64,000 bases of DNA, from NCBI GenBank assembly GCA_009914755.4, contig CP068257.2:21856001-21920000 (forward strand). The letters run 5' to 3'. Numbering within the stretch: position 1 is the stretch's first letter; each line of letters begins with the position of its first letter. The position numbers were made by a program, and so were the translations under genes. Below the pieces are notes generated by a model. The model searched no databases and was not told the DNA's origin. It saw only the letters and a list, made by a program, of their open reading frames with translations. Source of the DNA: the human T2T-CHM13v2.0 reference genome, Homo sapiens. This document shows, piece by piece, positions 28,880 through 39,772 of this stretch.

Positions 28880-29455
28880 TTCTATAAGTTTGTGGATTTA
28901 TTTATGAACTCTATATCCAGGTCCATTTGTTGATGCATATGTTTGCATGCCAGTATCATGCCGTTTTGACTACTATAATTTTGATTTTGATATCAGGTAG
29001 TATGATGCCTCCAGCTCTGCTCTATAGCTCAAAATTGGTTTGGCTGTTTGGGGTCTTTAATGGTTCCAAGCAAATTTGAACATTGTTTTTCTTATTTTTG
29101 TGAAAAATGACAATGGAATATTGATAGGCATTGCATTGAATCTATAGATTGTTTTGGGTAGTTTGTACATTTTTACAATATTAATTCTTCCAATCCGTGA
29201 ACATAAGATACCTTTCTCTGTGTTTTCCTTAATTTCTTTCATTATTGTTTTGTAGTTTTTATTATACACATCCTCCACTTCCTTGATTAAATTTGACCCT
29301 GAGTATTTTATTTATTTTTTATTTGGGAATGCTTTCTTAATTATTTTTTCCAGTAATTTGTGTTTAGTGTATAGAAGTGCTACTGATTTTATATGCTGAT
29401 TTTATATACTATCACTTTAGTGCCTTTGTTTATAAGTTCTAAATACCATTTGGCC
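28880..29455 (-). mobile_element. LINE-1 ORF2 fragment (antisense); the young L1PA inserted into it
   Basis: Antisense L1 ORF2: '...tatcaggtagtatgatgcctccagctctgctctatagctcaaaattggtttggctgtttggggtctttaatggttccaagcaaatttgaacattgtttttcttatttttgtgaaaaatgacaatggaatattgataggcattgcattgaatctatagattgttttgggtagtttgtacatttttacaatattaattcttccaatccgtgaacataagatacctttctctgtgtttt'. ORF 29057-29278(-) gives '...INIVKMYKLPKTIYRFNAMPINIPLSFFTKIRKTMFKFAWNH', which is an ORF2 reverse-transcriptase N-terminal motif. Confidence 0.75.
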
Positions 29456-30007
29456 CAGTGATCCCATTACTGGGTATGTACCCAAAGGATTATAAAGCAT
29501 GCTGCTATAAAGACACATGCACACATATGTTTATTATGGCACTATTCACAATAGCAAAGACTTGGAACCAACCCAGATGTCCATCAATGATAGACTGGGT
29601 TAAGAAAATGTGGCACATATACGCCATGGAATACTATGCAGCCATAAAAAAGGATGAATTTATGTCCTTCGTAGGGACATGGATGAAGCTGGAAACCATA
29701 TTCTGAGCAAACTATCACAAGGACAGAAAACCAAACACCGCATGTTCTCACTCATAGGTGGGAATTGAACAATGAGAACACTTGGACACAGGGCGGGGAA
29801 CATTATACACTGGGGCCTGTTGTGGGGTGGGGGGAGTGGGGAGGGACAGCATTAAGAGAAATGCCTAATGTAAATGACAAGTTAATGGGTGCAGCACACC
29901 AACATGGCACATGTAGACATATGTAACAAACCTGCACATTGTGCACATGTATCCTGGAACTTAAAGTATAATAATAAAATAAATACATAAATAAATAAAT
30001 AAAAAAT
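29456..30007 (+). mobile_element. Young LINE-1 (L1PA-type) 5'-truncated insertion: ORF2 C-terminus plus 3' UTR plus A-rich tail
   Basis: 'atcccattactgggtatgtacccaaaggattataaagcatgctgctataaagacacatgcacacatatgtttattatggcactattcacaatagcaaagacttggaaccaacccagatgtccatcaatgatagactgggttaagaaaatgtggcacatatacgccatggaatactatgcagccataaaaaaggatgaatttatgtcctt...taatgggtgcagcacaccaacatggcacatgtagacatatgtaacaaacctgcacattgtgcacatgtatcctggaacttaaagtataataataaaataaatacataaataaataaataaaaaatg'. ORF 29458-29706 gives 'IPLLGMYPKDYKACCYKDTCTHMFIMALFTIAKTWNQPRCPSMIDWVKKMWHIYAMEYYAAIKKDEFMSFVGTWMKLETI', the L1 ORF2 C-terminus. Confidence 0.85.
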
Positions 30008-30089
30008 GTCAAAAAAATAGTTTTATTGGTTGAGTACTTAGAATTTTTATGCTAGACCATATTGTCAAAAAACAGAAAAAAAAATCAAT

Positions 30090-30370
30090 TTTTCCTTTTT
30101 CTCTTAGGATGCCTTTCGTTTCTTTCTCTTGCTCAATTGCTCTAAGGTTTCCAGAACTATGTTGAAAACAAGTAGAGAGAATGGGCAACCATGTTTTATT
30201 CCTGATCTTAGAGAAAACTCTTTCAGCTGTTCTCATTTGAACATGATGTTGACTCTGGGCTTGCCGTATATGGACTTTATTGTGCTTTGGTACATTCATT
30301 CTATACATAATCTGTTAAGAGTTTTTTATCGTGAAAAGATATTGACTTTTGTCAATTTATTTTTCTGCGT
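30090..30370 (-). mobile_element. LINE-1 ORF2 fragment (antisense)
   Basis: 'gatgcctttcgtttctttctcttgctcaattgctctaaggtttccagaactatgttgaaaacaagtagagagaatgggcaaccatgttttattcctgatcttagagaaaactctttcagctgttctcatttgaacatgatgttgactctgggcttgccgtatatggactttattgtgctttggtacattc...' is antisense L1 ORF2: 'ctgcctaattgctctggctaggacttccaatactatgttgaataggagtggtgagagagggcatccctgtcttgtgccagttttcaaagg...'. Confidence 0.7.
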
Positions 30371-30399
30371 CTATTGATATGCTCATACTAATTTTCAAT

Positions 30400-31150
30400 A
30401 AAAATCCCAAAAATATTCAATGGAGAAAGGACAGGCATAAAAATGGTGTTGGGAAAACTATATATACACATGTAGGAGAATTGATTGGATCTTTATCCCT
30501 TATCACATCCAAAAATAAACTCAAAATTAATTAAAGACAAATATAAGACACAAAACTCTAAAACTTCCAGGATAAAACAAAGGGAGAAAGTTTCACAATA
30601 TTGGTCTGGGAAATAATATTTTGGGTTTGACTCAAGAAGCTCATGCAACAAATGCAAAAGTAGACAAATGTGAATACATCAAATTAAAAAGCTTCCAAAC
30701 AGCAAAAGAAGCAATCAACAGACTGAAGACACAACTCAGAGTGGGAGAAAATATTTGTAAACCACACATTCAACAAAAGGTTATTATCCAAAATGTACAA
30801 GGAATACAAGCAACTCAATATCAAAAAATAACATATAAACCAATTAAAACACGGGCAAATAATTTAAACAGACATTTCTTTAAAAAAGACATACAAACTG
30901 CCAAGTTCATGGAAAAAGTCTTGATATCACCAAGCATTAGGGAAATACAAATTTAAACCAGAATGCAATATAATCACATACCTGTAAGAATGGCTTTATA
31001 AAAAAGACAAAGGGTACGAAGTTTTGGTGAAGATGTGGGAAAAAGGCAACCCTCGTACATTGTTGGTAGCCATTACAAAATACCTGCATGGAATTATGCT
31101 GTGTCTAGACCAGCAGTTTTTAAAATGAAATAGAAACTAATAAAATTGAA
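30400..31150 (+). mobile_element. Old LINE-1 (L1M-type) ORF2 C-terminal fragment, sense
   Basis: '...ggacaggcataaaaatggtgttgggaaaactatatatacacatgtaggagaattgattggatctttatcccttatcacatccaaaaataaactcaaaattaattaaagac...aaatgtgaatacatcaaattaaaaagcttccaaacagcaaaagaagcaatcaacagactgaagacacaactcagagtgggagaaaatatttgtaaacc...gaaatacaaatttaaaccagaatgcaatataatcacatacctgtaagaatggctt...'. ORF 30621-30956 gives '...KVDKCEYIKLKSFQTAKEAINRLKTQLRVGENICK...NRHFFKKDIQTAKFMEKVLISPSIREIQI', which is ORF2-like. Confidence 0.7.
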
Positions 31151-34100
31151 AAAAAAAAGAAAAAAGAAAGGTAAAAATAATTTTGTGAATATACACGCAT
31201 ACACATCTGTACTGTATAGAAGTGTAAAAACCGCTGTTCAATGTGGATTGCATTCAAAAGTATAAATCCCATTGACCTAAATGATACCATTAAAGCTTTC
31301 TACCACAACGTAAAGACCCTTCATAAACAAGCATTGGAACAAAGATTCGGCATCATCTCTTGCAACTCTGCTTCCTTGTATGGTCCCAAAGTCTTGAATT
31401 AGTCACAACTTCTTAGAATCATTATGATGTGTAGGTTTATTCCCGTTTGTCTTTAATATCTTAACACTGAACATAAGATAATTTATAGATTCCAATTAAG
31501 ATAATTTGGTATAATTAATATATTTAAACTAACGTAATTTATAGACTTAGATAATCTTTCAAGATAATATTCTATGCCAGTGGTTTTCAAACTTGAACCT
31601 GCCTCAGAATTACTTGAAAGGTTTGTTTAAACACAGACAGTTCGACCAAAATCCCCATACTGCTTAATTTAGTATATCTGTGATTAGGCCTGAGAATTTG
31701 CAGGTGGTGTTAGCACTAAGATTCCAGGAACCACAGTTACAACAGGAGAAGTGTCTCTGGCCTGGTTTCTGGATTTGAGTATGTATTTATTATAGACAGA
31801 CTCATCTTTCACATAATCATATATTGTAGTATAATTGTCTGGTTTTTTGCTCTCACTTAAGACAGTAGAAAAATGTGAAAGATATTTTGGGCAAGAAACA
31901 TAAATTTTATTCTTCCATTTGGACCACCTAACTAACAAAACAGAGAGGGGGCTCAACATTCTTTATTAAATGCCTTAATGAAAAGCTTAATTTTGAAGAC
32001 TTTCACCATATTTATCTTTTAAAAATTTGCTTTCATTCATTTAAAATACTCAACAGGAAAAGAGCCCAATAACATATTAAGTGCAGTTATAGCTTCCTCA
32101 CATATCTGGTGAGTAATAAAATGCCTCAGAGGCAAAGATGAGAGCACAGAGACTTATTTCATGGTCCCGTTAGCTACATATTTATAATAACGAGAGACAT
32201 TATGAAGACATTTCTAAAAGATATTCTAAAAGCCAGTCTAAATGTCAGACAAAATTTTTAAAAATCTAGTATTCAAGAGGTGAAGAAATGTTTAGAATAG
32301 AATTTAAGTTAATGTCACAATAGGTTTCAATAATGTTACAAAGTTCATTCCTAGTTTTGAAATGTCTGTAAAAATAAAATTTAAAAGAAAAAATAGTATG
32401 AATCAAATTTACGTTTAACTGAAGAATTTGAAAGGGACTGTGTATTTTACTTTATAAATCCATTTCATTGACAGTTTCTTGCAACATACGCCAATCATCT
32501 TTACTGTACTATTTACTAATATCATTGTCCTAGCTTCAGACATGTAGCTACAAATCAGATAAAATATATGCAATACGCAACTAAATGCCATTTGAATATA
32601 GGTAGAAATTGTAGTCTATAGAATAAGATGACTATGGAGAATCTGATAGTTCAATTAGGCAATGTGAGTGGGTAAGGAATTAAATTTATTTTTTTGCCCA
32701 AACTGGGTGACAAAAATAGAAAGAAGTTATCAGTGAATTGTGTAAGGTTATGTATTGCAAAATGCTTTCAATTATAAACATCAGATTTCACTATTAAATT
32801 AAAATATAGATTAAATTACTATTTAATCCTAAATATTTACTATTTAATTACTAAATTAAATAGCAATTTAATACATTAATTTCTATTTTAATCACTATTA
32901 AAATATAGATTAAATTACTCAGATATGTGAAATCAATTGGAGAGCTCAGGCAATCCTAGAGAAACAAATCCTACATATGCAGCCACATTCACTAAGAGAA
33001 CCAGTCTCTCCCATCACTAACCTCAGTTGTTAGACTCACATTCATGCCACCTCTTTCATAGTCAATAACTTGTTCAATCCGAATACCTGTTACTAACTGA
33101 GGAGCCATCCCAATAGCTGATAGTGTCCAAAACAGGACATTTCTTGAAAATATATGCCAACAAAATAGATGCCTGACAATTTTGCCAAAAAAATACCAAA
33201 TTAATCTCGTGCCCATTCATGTGGTGTGATCTGAACCCCATCTGCTGGCCTACAAGGGACTGTAGAAAAGGTAATTATTAGTATGTCCACTTTTTCATAC
33301 AGATCCAGTTTAGAAAGGATATGCAATGGATGTTTAGCAAACTTAACTAGAGCATCTGCAGCAACCTACATCTTAAGTGCTCAATATCCACACTTTAAAT
33401 CAATAGCAACAGTAACATTATCTGCCTAACGCAACTATTCCTGCTAAAAACACACAGATGCGCACAAACTTCCCCCCCCACACACAAGCACGATAGTTCT
33501 ATAAAGTGATGCCCCAATTTTCATAAATTGTCAGTGTATTTTCTAGTTAAATCCCAATCTCATCTTGAATTTCATAATGAAGTGGTGAAATGTTACAATT
33601 AAAATGAGAGGAATCTAATCATAATATATTTTAGGGGAATCTATAGAGGGAACATGAACATTTAACCACATATCAGCATGAAGAAGAAACTGTGGGACAT
33701 CCTAGTGTACTTATGATGTACTAGTCATGAATTCATAGTTTACATTTAGAATGTCTTATTCCGGTAACCATACCACATCGACTTAGCATCTGCATATCAC
33801 ATCAGATAGTGGAACTTTTCTAGCTGTGTCCTTTGGTGTTTACACTTATGTCAGGATGAGTCTATTAACTTTTATTTTTGAAAATACAGAATATTTGGAT
33901 GTGTCCCATGGAATCATGGGGATTCAGAATACTTCTCCCTGCCTCCATCAAATTGTGATAAAATTATATCCCCTTGATAAATAAAGTAAATTTTGCCATT
34001 TAACAAGATGTCCTCCTTTTTTCTTCCTACTGGACTGGTGAAATGAATATTTGAACATGATCAGGAAGAAGAGTCAAATTCTAGCTTTCTGAGTTAACAT

Positions 34101-34539
34101 TGTTTTTCTGGTAGAAACATTCTCCATTTGATATCTGCTCTTTTATAAGACTAGATGCTCTTTTATGATAGGGTAAATGATAAGACGTGTGAATATCATC
34201 AGCACATTGATGGATCAGCATATCGCCTCAGTAATATAGTGAATAATGGAAAATTATGCATTCAGGTTTAGATATTCACCAATAGGGTAGTTGACAGAAG
34301 CAATACAGAAAGAAAACACAAGTAAGTAATCAGAATAAACTGTATATTCAGCAAATAAAATTGCTGGAGTTGGTTTAATATATTTGACTTGTCCTCTTAG
34401 TTATTATGACTGTTATTTTATCACTGGACAGAGAAAGCCATATCTCTGGGGACATCTGGAGACTGCTACTGAGTCTCATTTAAGGTAAATGCTACTAAAC
34501 TAAGTAATACTTTACAATATGGTGGTGTTGCGGGCTAAA

Positions 34540-34880
34540 TGTTTGTGTTTTCCCAAAATTTTTATGTTGAAGCCTTAACCCCCAATGTAACAATTTTCAG
34601 AGATAGGACCTGTGAGGAAGTGATAAAGGTTAAATGAGGTCATAAGAATGGGGCCCTAATCTGATGGAGCTGGCACACTTACAGGAAAAGGAGGAGACAT
34701 CAGATAACTCTCCACCAGGTAAAGACAAGCCAGGAAGAGAGCCATTACTGGAAACCTAATTAAACAGCATCTTGATTTTGGACTTTCCAGTCTCCAGAAC
34801 TATATGGGAAGTAAATTTCTGTTGTTTAAGCCATCCAGTCTGCAGTATTTTGTTGTGGTAGCCTGAGCTAACTGATACAG
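34540..34880 (+). mobile_element. ERVL-MaLR solo LTR (MLT1/MST-like)
   Basis: 'tgtttgtgttttcccaaaatttttatgttgaagccttaacccccaatgtaacaattttcagagataggacctgtgaggaagtgataaaggttaaatgaggtcataagaatggggccctaatctgatggagctggcacacttacaggaaaaggaggagacatcag...tggactttccagtctccagaactatatgggaagtaaatttctgttgtttaagccatccagtctgcagtattttgttgtggtagcctgagctaactgatacag'. This follows the MaLR LTR consensus theme 'tttgtgtcccc...ccagcctccagaactgtgagaaataaatgtttgttgtttaagccacccagtctatggtattttgttatagcagcctgaactaagacag'. Confidence 0.65.
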
Positions 34881-36355
34881 GTGTATAATCTTTAAAACTT
34901 CTTTGTTGGGATCCAGGGGCTTTTTGTTTGTTTTTTTAATTTATGGCTAACAGGTTAAATAATCTAATAAACAGCCTTATTGGCCACTTGACCAGTATAG
35001 CACACAATATCTTGCTGTAAATTTTGCCAAAGCTCTCTGGAAACCAAGTCCATTGCAAAAATATGTGTTTTTCCTACTCTGTAGGCAAAGAGAATCCAGT
35101 GAAATAAGATGGTGATCTAAAGAGCTGTGCCTGGAACTCACTCGGGTCCCTCATGTCGTACTCTTTCTCCTGCTAAACAACATCATTTCCTTTTATTCAA
35201 AGCTTTTCATGAGTATGCTGCCTGCAGTCTTTAAGTCATTTGAGATTTCTGAGTCTGTCACACTGTTAGAGGTAAGCAAATGTAGAGAGTAAGCTGTAGT
35301 CTGTATTGCTGACATATTAACTTAGCCTATGATGTTAACATTAGTCTTGATTGAGTGCATCTGTAACTATTGGAAAGAATAGTCGTAACTGGAAAAGAAA
35401 GAGATTGACAGCCACTACTAAAGTCACCTTTTACAATGAATTTTTATGAGCCAATTCCAAGTGTCCATACACACCCCTTGAAATTAATGCTTTGTCAAGA
35501 ATCTCTCATGCCTGTTCTTTTCGTATCCTAAACAGGTAAGTAAACCCTTAGCTTTAATCTCGATTTACTATACAGCCATGCCAATGGTCATCTGTCTTAC
35601 TGGTAAATTGACTAATCAAGAGTACTATTTAAATTGTGCCTAGTGGGGAGATTTCCCTCTTCCGCTTTTCTTCAATATCACTCCTGAGCTATAATGTTCT
35701 AATTGTCCCTTTCTCCTCTGTAATTTTGTTACTGGAGTCTGATACTGAAATTGCAGAATCAGCTTCTTGATAATCTAGAGATGATCTTTGAATATATAGA
35801 GATCTAGAGATACTTTAAATAAGCATTGGATTCATTGGGTTATCCAGGTCAAGTGATAGAACTGTTCTACTGCTGGCTGGACCTGCTTTGAGATCATTGC
35901 TTTGCTATGAATGCCATATGCTCAAATGTGAAATATTTTAATTTTAGAATATGATCCATTAGCTTTCTTATGGGTAGGAATTTAAATTACAGGTTTTTGC
36001 TTTTTATCTTCGAAGGGGGAATTCTAAAATTTGCCAGACTGTTTCACTCCAGAAAAGTCATTGAATGTCAGATCCTAAATTTCTATAGGATTGATTGATC
36101 CAACAGTCTCTGGGACATATTCATCTAAATATAGCACAGGTAGCTTCTACATCTGCTGTCTACATTCACAGCTGTATAATATCAACAATGTAGTCAACGT
36201 TTATATGAGATAGTGAGCCAGTCAATATCCCTGCAGATTAATTTAGGGAACAGAGCCTGAGGCACCTAACAGATGGAAGACTGAGATAATGAACAGCAGG
36301 AAGACAGATTTAAACCAAACCATACCAGTATTATATTGAATGTAAATGTTTTAAT

Positions 36356-36576
36356 CCAGAGGCCAGCAATTTTTTTTTCTGTAAAAGTCCAGATAGTAAA
36401 TATTTTATGCTTGTGGGCCATATGGTCTCTGTCTCAACTACTCTACACAGTCCCTGTAGTGTAAAAACAGCCATAGAAAATACATAAAATGATGGTCATG
36501 GATGTATTCCAATATAGCTTTATTTACAAAAATAAGTAGCTGAAGAGATTTGGCCCCAAGGATTAATGACTCCTGC
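36356..36576 (+). mobile_element. MER30-like nonautonomous DNA transposon (MITE)
   Basis: 'ccagaggccagcaatttttttttctgtaaaagtccagatagtaaatattttatgcttgtgggccatatggtctctgtctcaactactctacacagtccctgtagtgtaaaaacagccatagaaaatacataaaatgatggtcatggatgtattccaatatagctttatttacaaaaataagtagctgaagagatttggccccaaggattaatgactcctg'. This matches a remembered consensus 'cagggatggcaaactttttctgtaaagggccagatagtaaatattttaggctttgcgggccatacggtctctgtcgcaactactcaactctgcc...agccatagacaatatgtaaacgaatg...gtgttccaataaaactttatttacaaaaacaggc...gatttggcccgcgggccgtagtttgccgacccctg'. I am unsure of the family name. Confidence 0.55.
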
Positions 36577-37146
36577 CTAAGTATCCCAAGGACAAGTAAA
36601 GGACAAATGGAAAACTGATTGAAAGAAAAACTACACAGAGTTTGAAAAATAATTTACATTTAAAAACACAATGTTTCAAAATAATAGAATAGGAAAAGAA
36701 TGCCATGAAAAATAGAAGCAAAATAAAGCTCATATTCTTATATTAAGATCAGACAATGGAGATTTAAGGAAAGTAACATTAAGAGAGCTGGAGAGAGCCA
36801 TTTCAAAAACATTAAGTATCAAGTGAAAAAAAAATCAATGAAAACTTACATGCAACTAATAGCATAACTAACTTACAGACAGTAAATTAAGTTATTGTGG
36901 TATTAGATATCAATTAATGAGTTGGTAAAATGAATTCAATATATGGTCAAGAAACATAACTGATCATAAACAACTACCTCACTGATAATAGAGAAGAAAC
37001 TCTACTGCAGTTTTGTGGGCAAGAGATTTATTTTTAATAAACAGTGCTGCACCAATTAGATATCTACACTCAAAAATAAATGAGTTAGCTGTAAGCCCTA
37101 CTCCACACCATAGACAAAATTTAATTTGAAAGGGATCATAGACCTA

Positions 37147-37435
<289 letters not shown>

Positions 37436-39442
37436 AATGCCCCAAAATAAAAGATGGATAAAATGAATGTCATTAAAATTAAAAATCATTTTTCATCTGT
37501 GAGCTACATTAAAGGAATGAAAAGGAAAATCACAGAGCCAAAGAAACATATGCAATTTGTGTAACTGACAAAGGCTTATATACAGAATACATAAAGTATA
37601 GCTACACATGAATGAGAAAAGACTATAATTTAATAATGGGCAAGATTCTTGAATGGACACTTTACAAAGAGGATAATTAAATTGCATGCAAATATTGACA
37701 ACTGTTCATAAGATAAATTCAAACTAACCACACAATGAGATACTAACATAACCATATTGGCAAGAATTTAAATAAGACTGATAATATCAAGTGTTGTTGA
37801 AAGGATAAAGCAGTAGGAATTCTCTTACATTGCTGGTGGGAGTAAAAATTGGTATAACCCACTGTAGCAAAATATGTGTACTCTATGACTCTGCAACTCT
37901 CCTTTGATCTATTAGGGATCAATGTGACCTGGAATTGTTATAAGCCCTGGAGAAGGTGCTTGTTCTATCTGGAGGAAAGTAGCACCATCACATTCTCTGT
38001 GAGCCATGTACCCTACAAATCCTTGCTTCCTTGTTTTATCTCTTGATTGCTTTCAAACTAACTCATATGGCGTTTTTAATTCACTTCTGGCAATGCACAT
38101 GCTTTTTTTTTTTTTTTTTAGGTGTTTGTAATGTGTAAGAGAATTGGACTTAACAGAGAATCTGGCACATAGGCCCACTCTCAAGGGGAGGGGGGTACCT
38201 CTAGGGTGTCAGGAGGTAGGGTCACTGGGGCATTCCTAGAAGAGAAATAAAAGAGAAAAAGCTGCCATTTTCCCCAAACATGCAGAATTTTATGCACACT
38301 GGCAAACAAACAGAAGAAAACAACAGAATGAGATCATCTAATAAATATTGCAAAAATATTTGATATATTTCATCCTTATAACCCTCTAGGCTTACTCTGA
38401 TGGGCATCTGAGAGTAGTGATTTTATATTTGTCAGATAAATTGAAAAACTACTGTAAGATACTGAAACACATTGCTAGTTGGTTGCCCAGGCACATTGTA
38501 TTGAACAGAAGGAGATACAGCTACATGGACTGAATAAGAAGAGAGGGCAGACTGGGTTCAGCTGACATTTGTGCCATCTCACTTCTCAACTCCTTTATGA
38601 TTCTTTGACATCATAACATTGTACCCGTAGACTTCCCGCCCTGCCATGCTAAATGATAGTTCCAGGACTGGCAGCGAACTTTGGCAGGTCTATACCCAAG
38701 AGAGACATACTGTGGGTTAATTCTTAATTGTGGCATGTTTGTCTTGAGAGATGTTTCAGACAATTTTATTTCCACACCTCTCCCGGCTTTTTTCATGTCC
38801 CATTCCCACTCAAGCACTCATGTTTTCTTTAGCCAACCCACCCTGCTTTGTGCTTCCATCTGGGTATAGAGGAATCTCCCCTTAGCAAACCATATATTGA
38901 GTTTTCTGTCACCCTCTTTGGGTAATTGAGGACTGGCTAATCCATGCACTGAAGTCTGAGTCTAAGTTTCCGAAAAGACCAAGTCTATAAGTACCTGGTC
39001 CAGATGCCTGCTGTTTGTGAACCGCAGGCTCTGGTACTTCAACCCAAACACTCTGCAGCACATGTAGGGGCCTAAGTATTTTGAGTGTCCTACATATAGC
39101 CTGATATTTGGCAAACATCCAAAGCTATAGCCGTGAATAACCTTAATTGGGATGAAGGTTGTGAGAAATGAGTAGAAAACAGCAGAATTTCCAATTTTGT
39201 TTGATACAGGTTTGCTGGTATTTTCCTTGACTGAGATAAGAAAAATATACATAGATCTGTGTGTACACATATATATGTATGAATATATTTTGAATGAGGT
39301 TGTTTAAATAATATCTTGGTCTATTCTGTACATAAAGTTAGACTTTAAACATAAGATTGACACACATTCTGACTCAATCATAAACATTTTTTGTCAGAAT
39401 AATAAACATGAAGTATCTAAGAATCTGATCATTGACTACTCA

Positions 39443-39772
<330 letters not shown>

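Noticed and set aside
38400-39280. Possible unknown LTR-like element ('tgtaagatactgaaacacattgctag...tgtaggggcctaagtattttgag...')
   Set aside because: It has an LTR-like feel (TG...CA ends, internal 'tataa'-like motifs). I cannot match it to any family from memory and cannot find a TSD, so it is left unannotated.
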